This document shows positions 29,201-44,200 of a stretch of 64,000 bases of DNA, piece by piece. The position numbers and the translations under genes are program-made. The stretch is from Phoronis australis (taxonomy: Eukaryota; Animalia; Phoronida). The notes under the pieces are model-generated. The model worked only from the letters and a program-made list of their open reading frames with translations. It was not told the DNA's origin and did not search any database. The DNA lies in contig NMRA01000979.1 of assembly GCA_002633005.1 (NCBI GenBank), forward strand, positions 1 to 64,000, given 5' to 3'. The stretch's first letter is position 1. Every line of letters starts with the position of its first letter.

Positions 29201-32200
29201 ACAAATGTTTATGCAAATTAGAAGACTGACATCTAAATTCCCAATCCTGTGAGTTTCTAGGTCTGGCAATACCTTCACGAATCAAACAGTCCTATTCATC
29301 ATAAAAACACAGTGGATCTATTTAAAGACAACCAAACTATTCGAAAACATGGAACATCTTGAGAAACCAAAATTACCAACAACTGTGTAATGCAGTTGGA
29401 TCTATCCGAAAAAGCAGCAGGAGCTGGCGCCCCTCAGCCTAGTAGGTCAACGTATTGTGTAGTATAGCTAAAATAACTCCTACATCGCGTGTATCATAAA
29501 ATTGTCAATAGACGTGGTGCAGAAATCATCTCGATCTGAAAAAGCAGGAGTGAAAATAAATCTGACTAAACGGTGGAAGCTTTATAGGGCGTATACAAAG
29601 CGACTAATCTTTTAAAAATTGACTTTTATTCCCGTGCAATCCTGTCTTTTATTACCCTTTTCTTGTGTAGTGACATTCATCTTCTCAACATGCCCAGTTA
29701 GCGTTGGTCCCACTGGAGCAACTTCAATGACGTATGAGGAAAAGGGAAATGCTTTCAACGATGCCTGATCTTCGTTTACAGACATCCAATTCGAAGAAAC
29801 TTCAGAAGATCCAGGACACTGAGATCTAGACAACATTCTGTATCGCCATACATATCCCCTCAGTTGACATCCATCGTCTTGTGCTGGCGACGTCCACTTG
29901 ATATGTAATTCGTCATTCAATTCCTCAGTTTTTAGTCTTTGAACTTCACGCAGACGTTCTTCTTGCGAGCTAAATATTGATTCAATTGTCCAAGGTCCGG
30001 GACCTGTCGCTGTGTACGCCCGCAATATCACGGAGTAATTTGTGAACGGAGAAAGGTTTGATAACCAAATAGATGTATTCACTGTTGTGTAAGTGTTTTT
30101 GAGGAATGCCACTGAACACCCCGTCGACAGCGTTGTTAACCGTACACTGTAATTTGTTATTATGCCGTTCCGTAAAGTGCAATCTGGTCGCAGCCATGAC
30201 ACATGGGCAGACCTGGCGGAAGCACTGATGCTGACATTTTGTGGCCCAGTAGATGGCGCTAAAATAAACAGTGAAATTGAGTGAAAGACAAAGACATTGG
30301 GAAGCATAATAGCTCAAATCATGCCAAGACAAAACTATATCATACAACTAGATGCATGTTCGTTTTAATGTTTCAAAAACACATAAACTACATGTACAGT
30401 TTATTATGGCTTCAGAAGCCGATTACTGAATACTTAGCAAACTACCATGCATGAACTATATCAGTGTCACCAATTTTTCGACCTAGTAAGTGTCACCAGA
30501 ACGCATTCACAACAAACATAAAATGTAGAGCACAACCTGGAGGAGGTATTTCAGTTCACTAATTCGTTAGAAAACGAACACCCGAGAAAATACCAAATAT
30601 GAATTTACCCCAAACGACAGTTGTTTCATTTAACCATTGGATATGATACCATGGAGACCCAAGAACACGACGAAACAAAACTTGAGTAGTAAATTACCTC
30701 TCGGATGGATAAATGGCATTAAAAATGTCAGTGTATGAAAGGCAACACTAAATGAATGGATATGTGACCGGTGGAAGGAGGGAAAGCTAGCGTTAGGCAC
30801 CCACAAGAGGTGTTGTATATGGAGGTAGAGAAAGGAATAAACCTTCACCTCTCACATATTTAAGCCAAAATGCGATTACCTTCTTCTTGTGTAGTGACAT
30901 TCATCATGTCAACCTGCCCAGTTCGCGTTGGTCCCACTGGAGCAACTTCAATGACGTATGAGGAAAAGGGGAATACTTTCAACGATGTCCGATTTTCGTT
31001 CACACACGTCCAATTCGAGAAAGCTTCAGAAGTTCCAGGACACTGAGATCTAGACAACATTCTGTATCGCCATACATATCCCCTCAGTTGACATCCATCG
31101 TCTTGTGCTGGCCCCGTCCATTCGATATGTAATTCCCCATTCAGTTCCCCAGTTCGTATTTTTTCAACTCCACTCAGACGTTCTTCGTGTGACATAAATT
31201 TTGTTTCAATTGTCCAAGGTCCAGGACCTGTCGTTGTGTACGCCTGCACAATCACGGAGTAATTTGTGAAAGGAGAAAGATTTTGTAACAAAACAGACGT
31301 ATTCACTGATTTGTAAGTGATGTTTACGAATGCCACTGAACACCCCGTCGACAGCGTTGTTAACCGTACACTGTAATTTGTTATTATCCCGTTTCGTAAA
31401 GTGCAATCTGGTGGCAGCCATGACACATGGGCAGACCTGGATGACACACTAATGCTGACATTTTGAGGTTCAATAGATGGCGCTACAAGAAACAGTGAAA
31501 TAATGTCAATGACAATTACAATGCGAAGCACAATGGCTCACATCACACAAAAACCACAAACACAATAACCTAAAAATAGTTATATCGTACAACTCGATAC
31601 ATTTTAATATTCAAAACAGCACATAAGCTACAGTTGATCATGACTTAAGATTCCCATTGCTGAATGCTTAGTAAAATATCAGACATAAACTATCACCAAT
31701 TTACCAATCTAGAAAGTGCCACCAGATTGCATTTATAACAAACAACAAATGAATAACATAATCTAGAGGAAGTCTTTCATTCACTAATCCTGAGAAAACG
31801 AGAACCCGAGAAAACACCAAATGATGAATTTCCTCCAAACGACAGTTGTTTCATTAATCATCCGATATGAAACTGTGAAGACCCAAGACCATTACGAAAC
31901 AAAACTTTGAGATGTAAATAAGCTCTGGGAGGGATAAATGGCATTAAAATGTCAGTGTATAAAAGACAACACTAGACAAATGGATATGTTAACGTTGGAA
32001 GGAGGTAAAGCTGACGTTAGGCACCCCCAAGAGGTGTTGTATATCGACCATGAGAAGGGAATAAAACTTCAGCTCTCACCATTTTCAGACAAAATTTGAT
32101 TACCTTCTTCTCGTGTAGTGACGTTCATCATCTCAACCAGCCCAGTTCGCGTTGGTCCCACTGGAGCAACTTCAATGACGTATGACGAAAAGGGGAATAC

Positions 32201-35200
32201 TTTCAACGATGTCTGATTTATGTTCACATACGTCCAATTCGAGAAAGCTTCCGAAGTTCCAGGACACTGAGATCTAAACAGCATTCTGTGTCGCCATACA
32301 TATCCCCTCAGTTGACACCCGTCGTCTTGTGAGGGTGCCGTCCACTGGATATGTAATTCGCCACTCCGTTCCTCACTTTGTATTCTTTTAACTCGACTCA
32401 GACGTTCTTCGCGTGAACGAAACTTTGATTTAATTGTCCAAGGCCCGGGACCTATCGCTGTGTATGCCCGCAATATCACGGAGTAATTTGTGAACGGAGA
32501 AAGGTTTGGTAACAAAACAGAGGTATTCACTGTTTTGTAAGTGGCGTTTACGAATGACACTGAACACCCCAAAGACAGCGCTGTTAACCGTATACTGTAA
32601 TTAGTTATTATACCGTTCCGAAAAGTGCAATCTGGTGGCAGCCATGACACATGAGCAGACCTGGCAGAAGCACCAATGGTGATATTTTGTGGAGCAGTGG
32701 ATGGTGCTACAAGGAACAGTGAAAAGTGTCATTGATATGGATTATGAGAAGCGCATAGGCTATAATCATGCACATACCATAAACCAATTAACTTATCATT
32801 AGACAAATCATACAAGTATGTATCGCAGCAATATAAATATCCTAAGTTTTTCATTGTTGGTTGGTCTTCAAGCATAAGCTAACAATGTCACTAATTTTGC
32901 CAATATTTTATTTGTCATCGAAACAAATTCACATCGATTGCGAATGAGAAAATCCTTCAAACGGAATTGTTCATTTTAATCAGTTTCTGAGATATTTTCA
33001 AGCCACACGATCATGGGAAGACGATACCTAAAAGATTTACTACCAACCGGATAAATGAGTATCAGGAAGAACCACCGGTGTATAAGAAATAGCAACAATG
33101 AACTGAGCAGCATATGAAAGGTGGAAGGACTTTGGGCACCCAAAAACGGTGCTTTACGAAGCATCAGAAACGAATAAAATTTGGTTTACCATCACTCTAA
33201 ATGAGAATTTGATTACCTTCCTCCTTCGTAGTGACGTTTATCTTCTCAACTGGCCCAGTAAGCGTAGGTCCCACTGGAGTAACTTCAATGGAGTATGTGG
33301 AAAAAGGGAATACCTTCAATGATGCCTGTGTGTCATTCACATACTCCCATTTTGAGACAGGCTCAGAAGTTCCAAGACACCGAGATCTAGACACCAACGT
33401 GTATCGCCACGCAAACCGCTTCAGTTGGCACCCATTGTCTTCTGGAGGAGACTTCCAACTAATATGTAGTTTTCCATTGCGTTCGAAGGCTTTTAATGTT
33501 TGCACTCCACTCAGACGTTGTTCGTGTGTAGTAAACCTTGTTTCAACTGTCCAGGGCCCAGCACCTCTTCTTGTACACGCTCGCACTCTCACAGAATAAT
33601 TGGTGAACGAAGAAATGTTTGAAAACAGAAACGACGTATTTGTTGTTTCATAAATGATGTTGATGGATGAATTTGAACACCCTGCGGAGAGTGTTGTTAA
33701 CCGTAAATAGTACTTCGTTATTACCCCGTTGCGTGAAGAGCAATTTGGTTGGAGCCATGACACGTGGGCAGAGCTGACTGAAGCATTAGTGCTAACACTT
33801 TGTGGAACACCAGATGGAGCTAGAGGGAATATAGGAAATGATGATGCAGAGTATTAGGAGTGATGTATCTATGCCATCTACATACCACAAATGTACGAGT
33901 CCTCATCAGAACCTGATCAAAGTAAGCCTGCAAACTATAAACATGACAAATGGAGCCTCGGGACCCTGTAGTGTGAGATTGTCAGAAATCTAAGATTTCT
34001 AAGATGGATACGCATGAAATCAATATGAATTCCGCTGACCCACGCGTGGAAATTCTGCAGTCCCGGACTAAAGATTAGCATACACTGATTCTCAGATATC
34101 AGACAAGATGAAGCAAAATGATGGTATCTTTCCATATTTCAAAAACTAAAAAAAACTGTTAAATTATAATAAGGCTCTCATTAAAGTAAATAAGGAACAA
34201 TGACGGTTTCAAGTATATGTCTTGTTTGTACATTCTTCAAGCTCACCATCTTCAAGAGTAACTCCCTCTATCGACCTTTCTTCGCCCATAGATTCTGTTT
34301 TAGCCACAACCTTGATCTCATACTTAGAATTTGGCTGGAGAGCAGTGATGTTCTTCCTGGTCGATTTAAGAATTTCTTTAACTTCGTTTCCAGTTTGCAA
34401 ATCTGCACACTGCACCACTTGAACCAGGCTATGCGTTAACTCGTATCCCATGATGGAACAACCATTATCTTCGGGTTCCTTCCACATAATCACCATAGAG
34501 CGGCTGGTTGTGTTGGAGGGATGTATAATTAGATTCTGTACGGGGCCTGGTGCTAGAGAACAACACACAAAAACTAACTGAGTGTTTCAATAACTCGTAC
34601 TTAAGATAACAACATGATCAAAATGTAGGGTGCAAAATGAATCAAGACTAATCAGCCTATGTGCATTTTTGGCACTGAGAATGAACAACCTGACAATGTT
34701 AATCCACTAGAATAACGTGTGAAGTGGATTGCCATCGTCGTGACTGTGATACCGCGTGAACATTCCTGAAAAGCTAGACCAGTAAACAAACACAATGACA
34801 AAGGAATATAGGCACAGCAGATGCAAAATTGAAAAAAGCGACACCAGTCGGAATAATTGACTAAAGTCATCTCCATCGCTAGAGAAATACCTCTATTCCT
34901 GCTAGTAATGGTCTTTTCATCGGACAGGCTTGACATGTGTTTATTGAAGGCTCTGATTCTTACTCGCCAGGTGGTGCACGCAGCCGTATACAGTGAGGTA
35001 CTACTCGATGTAACGTTGGGCAACATAATCCACTTGCTACCTGTTGTTGTGTTGATATACTCTATTACATAATAGCCAGGTGTTCCGCATCTCCAGTTAA
35101 ATAGGTCAACCTGAATGTGTCAGAAAGGAAATGGATTATACATGAACATGAAAAGAGATTTCGCCAATATTAATTTTCTTGAAGGAGATCGTTATCTTTT

Positions 35201-38200
35201 TGAAGGCCTCATATTTTCATTTTGACACATTTTACCTAGGTTAACAGGTATTATGAACCTGACAAAAATTACCGAAACCTTTGTAGATTTGTAATGTAAA
35301 GCTTATGGGCTAGAGGTTACCTTGCTATACCCCGGCCACTTTCTGAGAGTTTAATATATCAACTCAGATGACATATGATATTCATGACTTTTTACGACCA
35401 GATACAGTAATCAATGCGAGAATTCCAACATACGTTGGACATGAAAATGTCTGCAGTTGGGCATCGTGTGTACATTTTAGCCACAGTATAGACTAGTTTA
35501 GAGGTCCACAACAATTCTAGGTCGAGTTCCTGTCATTCTATAAGTGACGTATATCAATGGCCAGTCTTCAATATCGGCCTGTTAAACGTCCTGGCGACAT
35601 CACTAGAAAGACGAGTACGCCCATCAAGTTCTGCTTGAACAAAGACATGTTGTTTGAACGTTTGAAACCAAACGAAATACGAGCATGGATCCACTTACAT
35701 CCGTCGCTGACCTAACGACCCGCGTGACGACAACTGCGTTCGACATATTGGTGCCGTCACCCGGATCTTCTAATATAATGCTCAGATGAACTCGGGCACT
35801 TACTGCAGACTGGATACAGTACCCAACATGATTGTTAATTAGCAATGTTTTTTAAATGAAACAAATCTTACCAAAATGGTTATGTTAGCCGAGTCAATCT
35901 CCCTGTTTGACAATGTGAACTGGGGGGTTTCTGGTTCTGAAATGCATAATTTGATTGAATATCACACAATAAATGCAGGAACAGTAATGCAAAAATTACA
36001 CTTTGTCTTTCAACCACACTGGTCTTTATGTAAAATCCCAAACTTTCCTGACTTTTTTTACGTTTTACAGGCTTTTTTTCTTGTAAATTGTTATTTATGT
36101 AAACACCATTGTGAAACAAGGCTACTACGTTCGTACCATCCCGATCGTAGCATCACACTTACCCTAGAACGGAGCTTTAACCACGCATCTGAGGACATCA
36201 TAAATCAAGTAAATCACGTGACTTTCAAAGTGGGAAATAACTAGCGGGATTACTTTCATCCATGAAGGGAATCGAGGCGTCGGAAATATCCTTGATAGTC
36301 CGGATTCTAACGTACCTGCGCAGACTTCTACTTCAGGACTTGCGTTCCCAAGGAGATCATCTCCAATCTTGATCCGTATCCTTACTTTGTATATCTGGGT
36401 AGCGTTCGCTTTCGAGATATTGCAAGTAAAAACTGTCTCATTCCTAATATTGACAACTTCTTTTGATAGCCAGCTCTTATCATCCTTCTGTTTGTACTCA
36501 ACAACGTATTTTTCCACATGTCCCACGCCATGGCCAGTCCCACTCCGCCACCGAGTCCACCGGATGTATAAAGCTTGCCCTGTTCTGGTAACGACAGTCG
36601 GAGGTTGCTTGAGTCTGGCGATTTCTGTAAAGAGGTATATTCAAAGAAAAGTAATCTCTAAGAATCATGTTCTATTAAGAATCAGACGATGTTTTGTTCG
36701 TACATGTACAATAAACTAGCGGTCGATTAACCTTAAAGCAAATACTTAGGCGGCAGTAAAGCTACCTTCCGTCAGAGAAATCCACCTCTTATTTTTCAGA
36801 CTACTTGCCGTTAAGAAGTTGGCGAAAATTTATTGCAGCTTTAAATGATTTAAATACTGAAATACGCTTAGCATACTTAATTTGATGTCATTTCATGTTA
36901 TACTTAATTATTTTGATGTCATTTCATGTTTACCAACCTGTTCGACAGTATGGGTATGTCATGTACCCAGGAGCACAAGCACCATCTGGACAGTGACCAG
37001 TATAAGGACTACAGGTGGCGTTACTGTCACAATGGCCGCACGTCTGCTCACAGTCAGCACCGTAATATCCATGACTGCAGCCTTAAAAGTTAACCCACAA
37101 AATAACAGGACATGCAAACAAAAGTTGACAGCATTTGACCAAGAAAAGGAAACCACTTTCTTTTATTCACCATATTTGTAACCAACTCAACATTATTATC
37201 AAGATTCCAAAATATTGTTCCTATATCTTGTTTTGAGAAACTTCATCAAAACCTATTTAGGATTTTCTTTCTTGTTTCTTTTTTGTGCACCTGTAGTGTA
37301 TTTGAGCTTGCAAGAATTGAATTATTGCGGATAAATAAAACAAAACAAAAATAATATATGTTTTAGGCTGCATTGGGAATTTCAGGGTCACTGCTCTACA
37401 ATTAATTATTTTAGAGAAGTTACCAGATGGGAACCTTAATTACAAGAGATAACAATACCCAATGTGTAATTGAGTATCGAATACTAAGTGGCAGACCGCA
37501 GTATAAAACCAAATGAATACATAATATCAAATGGGTATTGACCGATTGCCTACCAAGTGGCTCGAGCAAAACGGCAAATTCAATAATAAGTACCAACTGG
37601 GTGCAAACTGCCAAATGGGAAATATCACTGACATGGCTGCAATTACAAATTGAATAGCTTGCACACGAGTCTGGTCATTTCAGCAGTCAGAGCTTGAAAC
37701 TTTTTTTAAAAGAACGACATTGTACACCTGGGCCTGAGAATTAATCTATACTCGAAGCTCGACCTGAAATTTGATCAAGTACAGTGCTCTTACAAAGTAA
37801 ACTTTCAAATTTGTATTGAATAGGAGTCTGATTTGAGTTTAAAGAACTCGATGTCTCGGTCTGTGTACAACGCAGCACACAATAAAATACCAATGCAATT
37901 TTGCATACAATAAATGGTCACAAACCTTGACTGCACGCCATTCCCTTGAATCCAGCAACACACGAACACCCGTATGGATCATTGGTACACACATACTTTC
38001 CTCGACACCCGTCCACGTGACCGTCTTCCGAGCAGGAAAATGAGCAGTTACTTCCAAATCGGTTGCCTCCACAACCTAACGGCGCAAAAGAAGTATCTCC
38101 AGTCAGCTATTAGTGCTTTTTAACGATAACACTATCTTTCAACAAAAGTAAAATCGCAATTGCCAGGGCAAGAAAACTGACTGGATTTTGGCTCCTCAAA

Positions 38201-41200
38201 ACTGTTTTTAAGTTATTTAACAAGCACAGTGTAGCTCAGTTCAAATTGTTTGTGAAATGAGAGTTTATGTAAGATTACTAATTAGACGAGTTGTCGTTAG
38301 AAAGCAAGAGACGACTGTTCTCGCCAATCTTCAGTGCCATGTTACCTTTGAAGGAGGCGTGATACCTCCGACGTTATAAGAGTGTTTTTTGCGAGTATTG
38401 CCCAGCAGACCTGATTGAATTCGAATTCAATGATCTTTCCCGGATCGATCAACACCTACATTTCATTAATCACGTGGTCATTGTCATTGAGCTGGTTAGT
38501 TAGTAGTATTTGCAGTAGTGTAAGGTAGTGCTTACGTTTTATAGTGACTTTAAGTAGGCCTACAGCCTGCACATCAATTCCAACAACATATGAATTGTAA
38601 TAAGAATATGTACACAGACCGAATTAGGCCATTTGTCATTCAACACACGACAGGAGAGCAATGAAGAAAGTATTAATATAATTAAGTCTATGCTTCCACG
38701 CGGACTTGACTAATCTTGAAAATTATCCATGACAAAGGTGGAATATTAATGTTAGGCACTAAGTTAATCATAAACTGAACCATCAAATGTTGCAATCCAT
38801 CTTAATTGTGAATGAGATACAACATACACGTAACCTTTCATAGACAGCAGTATATGACATGTTATCCCATACGCGTTGAATCTATCGAGGGAAATACGGA
38901 CATTTAATATTCGTTTTTGTATTCACCTGCCGCACTACTTTAACAGTGACCTCTGACATGGATAGTTCAAAAGCCAGGTAGGGCAATGTCGACTCGACAT
39001 CGTTAGGTGGTTATGTAATCAAACTTTCCGAAAATAGCTTAAAGTGATACAATTGCAGCGGTGTAAATAATACTCAACATGTAATCAGGTCTCAATCGTA
39101 ACATCTGGAACAGGGTTGTTAATTATATGACAGTTCTGTCTCAGTTTTCATTTCCTAATTATTATATCGTCTGCAACTAAGGTGCCGATTCCTCGGTATC
39201 TACGATATCAAATGTTGTTTTTATTTAATTATTTTCAGTAGACGTTACAAGTTCAGTGCAAATTTGCCGGTGTTCTCCTCCCTGTTATCTCTTTTCAAGT
39301 AATACATCGTTACATTTAAAACTGTTTCTTTTGCTACAAAAACTTGCAACCTAACGCACAAGTACATACATATAGGATGTGATCCGCCACGTGAGCAGTC
39401 TGAGTGAAGTATTTAAAAAATCTGTGGAAAACTGAAACAAACTTAGGAATTCGAAGCGTATCGACATTATTCTGCATTTCGACCTCGACCTTCGGTCTCG
39501 GTCGATACGCAGAATAATGACTCGTAGGATATTACATCATGTACGCCACTCTTGGTGCGCTTTGTGTATTTATGTATGTCATAACGATAAGTTTCCATGA
39601 GAAGATTAAGAGTTACAGCCCTATGCTTGGCCAATAGGGAGCGCTGGAAACGTGACCTATAATGTTTTATACATTGTGAGTTGCATGCCAATGCTTGAGT
39701 AAAATATAATTGTTTATGCGAATCATCACGTGCTTTCACCTATCGAACAGATATCTCCGCGAAATCCCGGGGGGCATATACACTCGCCCGTGATGTCGTG
39801 ACAAACACCTCCGTTCTCACATTGCGGACAGTCGTCTGTGCAGTCGCCACCAAATCTACCTCGACGGCAAACTAGAAAATGAATTGAAATCAGATTATAC
39901 AGAGTCAAAATATTTACATTACACCCTACTGACCCTCAGTTACGGATCTTAAATCTTACAGTGTGACGGGACATTGAAGGAGAATGTCAGCCTGAAAGCA
40001 ACCTATTTTTGTATCAATTTAAATCGAGTAGTTCCACTTGATAATAGCCACTACAGCTCTGTTACTTGACACCTGACGACAGACGGAGGTGTTGAAATTA
40101 ATTAATGACGTCAGAGGTTTGAACACAGTGAAATCACTGTCGGTAAAATGCCGGCCACTGACGGATACGGAGAAGTTTCACGGCCTCACACTTGGTATTA
40201 ACGGCGTACGTTTCCTTTATCGTTACTGCGAGCTTCTTTCGGAGCATTATGGGCTCTCGAGGAAATCGAAAAACGATATACCAGCTTTCTTCGCAGCTTC
40301 ATAGTTCGCACAAGCGGGAAAGATACACCACACCATTGCGTCACTCACTCTGCAGAAGAACCATTGACGTAGCGGCATCGTTTCTTATCTCCCTCACAGG
40401 TTAACGCGGCAAATATCGACTAGATAAGATTGACCGTATACGAGGTTCTGCTGGTATAGACCGATTAAGACAGTAAAAAATACTAATTAAATCGGGTGGC
40501 ATTCTCCTTTAATGACGCTCTGACCTTAATGCAAGCATATTTTTTAATCATACCACACAGCACTGAACCCAACGTCGATTATTCAATCGTGCAGAGCTAT
40601 TCAGAACAATTTGCTTTGTTACAAAATGGAAAGATGTAATGTATACAAATATGATTTGTTAAAACATTGTTCCAGACATAAAAAACATAGTTGAAGAAGA
40701 CCTTGTAACAATTTTTTTTTAACAGCGATACATATTTTCAACCTCTAACAATTAGTCGAGTAATCCCAAGCACTTCTCCACTTGACAGACGGATGGTGTA
40801 GACTCCACCGTGTCCCTCCTCTACGCTGTCGATGCTGTTTGTTAGACTTCCCTGCCAGCTACTTATGTATCCCTCATTGTAAAATCCTTGGTTGTCTTTT
40901 TGCCACTGTATACCTAATGGGCCTATACCGTCGAATGTTATTGTTGCGCGATCTCCGACGCTAACTCTCGTTGCTAGAGCGCTTGAAGCTTGTAAAAGAT
41001 CAAGGAAACCAACATGTCAGGCTTATGAGAAACAAGCATTTGCCTTAAAGATAAAATCAAATATTTTATTGATGCTATCATTGAGTAGGCCACATGTTGA
41101 GCATGGAGATATAAAATCGACAAAAATGAAATTCAACCGTTTTCGAACTGGACTATGTTGAGATACAAGCACAAAACTGGGACATACGTGTATACTCACT

Positions 41201-44200
41201 TCATTTCAACTGCAATCTGTTTCAATTTTGGCTAAAACTTGACACCGATTTCTCACCAAACTGACAAAATTGCGACAGCATATTCCAAAAATATACATGT
41301 ACAACATTAGTAAACAGTTAGGGGTAAGGTGTATTAACTTCACATAAAACTTCCACAAAGCTTTGACAAAAACGTCTTTATTATTGCGACGAAGGTTCGA
41401 TTATGCTGCCAACTAATTTTGTCAAGATGGTAGAGTTCTGTTAAAGTTTGTCTAGTTTATTTTTGAAATTACTATCTACTCAAATACCTGCAATCACTGG
41501 TTTCCCCCACACTTCCACTTCACACAAAGAAAGCGTTTCTGATTTGCTGTTGCCATTCTTTATGATGTACAGATATCTCCCAATGACGGGACGGTCACAA
41601 GCTATATACACTGTAGTGGCGTCACTAATGTTGCCGGTGTGGTGTTTGCACAGAGCGTCGGTAGAGGTCGCTGATGGAGTGTCACTTGTATTGGAGACCC
41701 GGACTTCAAAATCTTTTAAAGATTCGTCAAGATCTGGATGCACATAGCAATTCTTATTCATAATTAAGTACATGTACCATAAAATTGATATCAATCTGAA
41801 ATTGTTATGACGAGCACGGGAATACATGTATTTTCGTGTAGATGCTCAAATACTTTTCGTGTTCTGCTGTTTCAAAAAGAGTACTTTCTGAGTACGGAGT
41901 CTCACTCTATGTCGTTGTAGTCCACAGAAATCCGCTTTGAAAACCGGGTCTGAAATATTTCTCCGTAGCTAATTAAATCTTATGTCACACACACTTAATG
42001 GCACAGAACTCAAGTCCTGGAATATCAACTTCGGTCTGGCGTTGCTGAGGTTACGCCACGCATGCGTGGCATTTCTTTGCATGTGTTTGTTCCGGTGTTG
42101 CTCATTCCTGTGGAACTTACTGGCTCTAAAACTCTTTGGAAATCTGCCGCTTTTCAACTGAATTGCAAAAAGTCATATTACTAGAAGGACTTGAAAAATT
42201 GTTGATGGTGAAGACCGCAGCAGAAGCAAACGTTAAATAATTTAATTCATTAAAATCATCATTTCGCATACCTGACAGATTTAAAATGTTTTTTTTTTAA
42301 TTCTAAAAACCTAAAGTGTCACCAAAATTGAAAAAATAACAAGGCGTAATAGTACCTTAAACAGCAACGCTGAACGTTGATATCGCATATAGTGCAGATA
42401 GAAAATATTGTCACACATTTATACATGCTCACTCATAAAGAATTAAAAGTGACACTGATGCACAGTGGCAGTCAGATACGTCCAAACGTCACCTGTTGTC
42501 ACCCTCATAGAAAAATGCTTGCCAAATTTCACAAAGACCCAGCAGGGAGAAACACCTGAGGATGCAAAGATAACAAACTGCCATTAGGGGGCGCTTAAGT
42601 AGTCGAACTGTAAAACATTGTCAGCAATTCTCTTCCTACCAGGGACACATTTACTGATTTCCATAACAATTAGTAGAGTGCTTTGGCCGATAGAGTGATG
42701 GACGCCAAAGACAGCAACTCGGAGGCGTACTTTAAGTAAAATCAATCTGAAAACAAAAAGTGTCATCGAAGTTTACCAAATTTCATAAAAATCTGCCAAG
42801 GAACTCCTGAGGATAACGGAGAAAAATAAAAAGGCCACACACGAACACAGCGTTCATTGGATAAGTCCAAAGGTCGTTGTCACATGTTGTTACCTTCATT
42901 AATACAGATAAGGTATAGAATATACAGCTAAGAACGCAACAAAGAGAAAATTGCAACTAGGAGGCACCACGGTAGTGGGCGCCGTCCAAACATCATCGTC
43001 ACATGTCCTTTTCCAAGAAAGAAGATATAATTATCCTAAGAGTGGTTTGGATGACACAGAGGCTGACGCCAAAAGCAGACTCAAAAATAATAAAAAGGTC
43101 ACTAGGTGGCGTGTACAACGTCAACTCCTTGTGAAAACAGAAAGATGTCATCGTCTATTCACCAAATTTCATGCAAATCCGGCCAGAAACTCCAAAGACA
43201 CATAGAAAAACGGAAAAATACAATTGCCCCTAGGGGACACAGGAGTTGATGAATACGTCGGAAAGTCGACATCACCTGCTGTTGCCTTCATATAAATACA
43301 CCTGCCAAACTTAACAAAAATCCTGCAAAGGAATTAACAGATACAACCACGGACGCAAAAACAAAACTGCCACTAGGAGGAGCCACTGGAGTCGGAGCTG
43401 TCCGAAAATCATCGTAAGCCGTCAACTTCCTAGTAGGAACATCTGTCATAATCAATGTTATTGTGGTTTGGTCAGTTGACGGGTAGATAGCAAAACCAGA
43501 CTCGAAAACCGTAAAAAAAAAAGAAAAAACAAAACAAACGGCCACTAGGTGGTGCAAGATAGTCTAATCCACTTGAAAACGTAAAAATAGCGTCATATTT
43601 TTAATACATGTAGATACCTATTTGCCAAATTTCGTGAAAATTTATCGAACACCGAAGATACGGAGGCAAACTTAAACTACTGAATTTGGCACTAGGAGGC
43701 ACACCGGTAGTCGGTGATACTGGAACAGGTATTGTGCATTACCTTAAACAAGAGACATTGGAAGACATCTTTTAAGATAATGTTACTAAAGAAAGTGGAC
43801 TGTGCAAATTAACAATATGCATGGCAAAAAGACAAATGAACACCTGTTCCACAGATGTCATCATTTGAGAATAAGAACACGGGGGAACTGGACATAAAGG
43901 CGGGAATTCAAGATAAAATGCAAAACATTTGGTTCTATGCCAAAACGCAAAAGTGTAATGTTCCCCAATAGACAAGAAAACATCAGCGTTTTTTTCGAAC
44001 CCGAATTATTACACGCAAAATCGCGCGATGGCTTTTTTTAAAGTCAAATTCTCAATTCCAGGTTAATAAAAAATCATGAACCTTGTCGTTTTTTCTTTTT
44101 GGTTGAACAGGGAAATACTGCTATGTAGTGTGAGAAATTACAGTGTCGCCGTGTGTCAAAAAGCGGGATATTTTGATCGTGCGACGAAATGTCAGGATTT

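Larger units (their letters stand above)
29656..33819 (-). repeat. Four-unit tandem duplication of exon plus intron (periods 1224, 1224, 1113 bp)
   Basis: Identical 603-nt exon length. Intron motifs recur, e.g. aaacgacagttgtttcatt at ~30612 and ~31837, and ggataaatggcattaaaa and ttaggcaccc in both introns. Confidence 0.95.
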
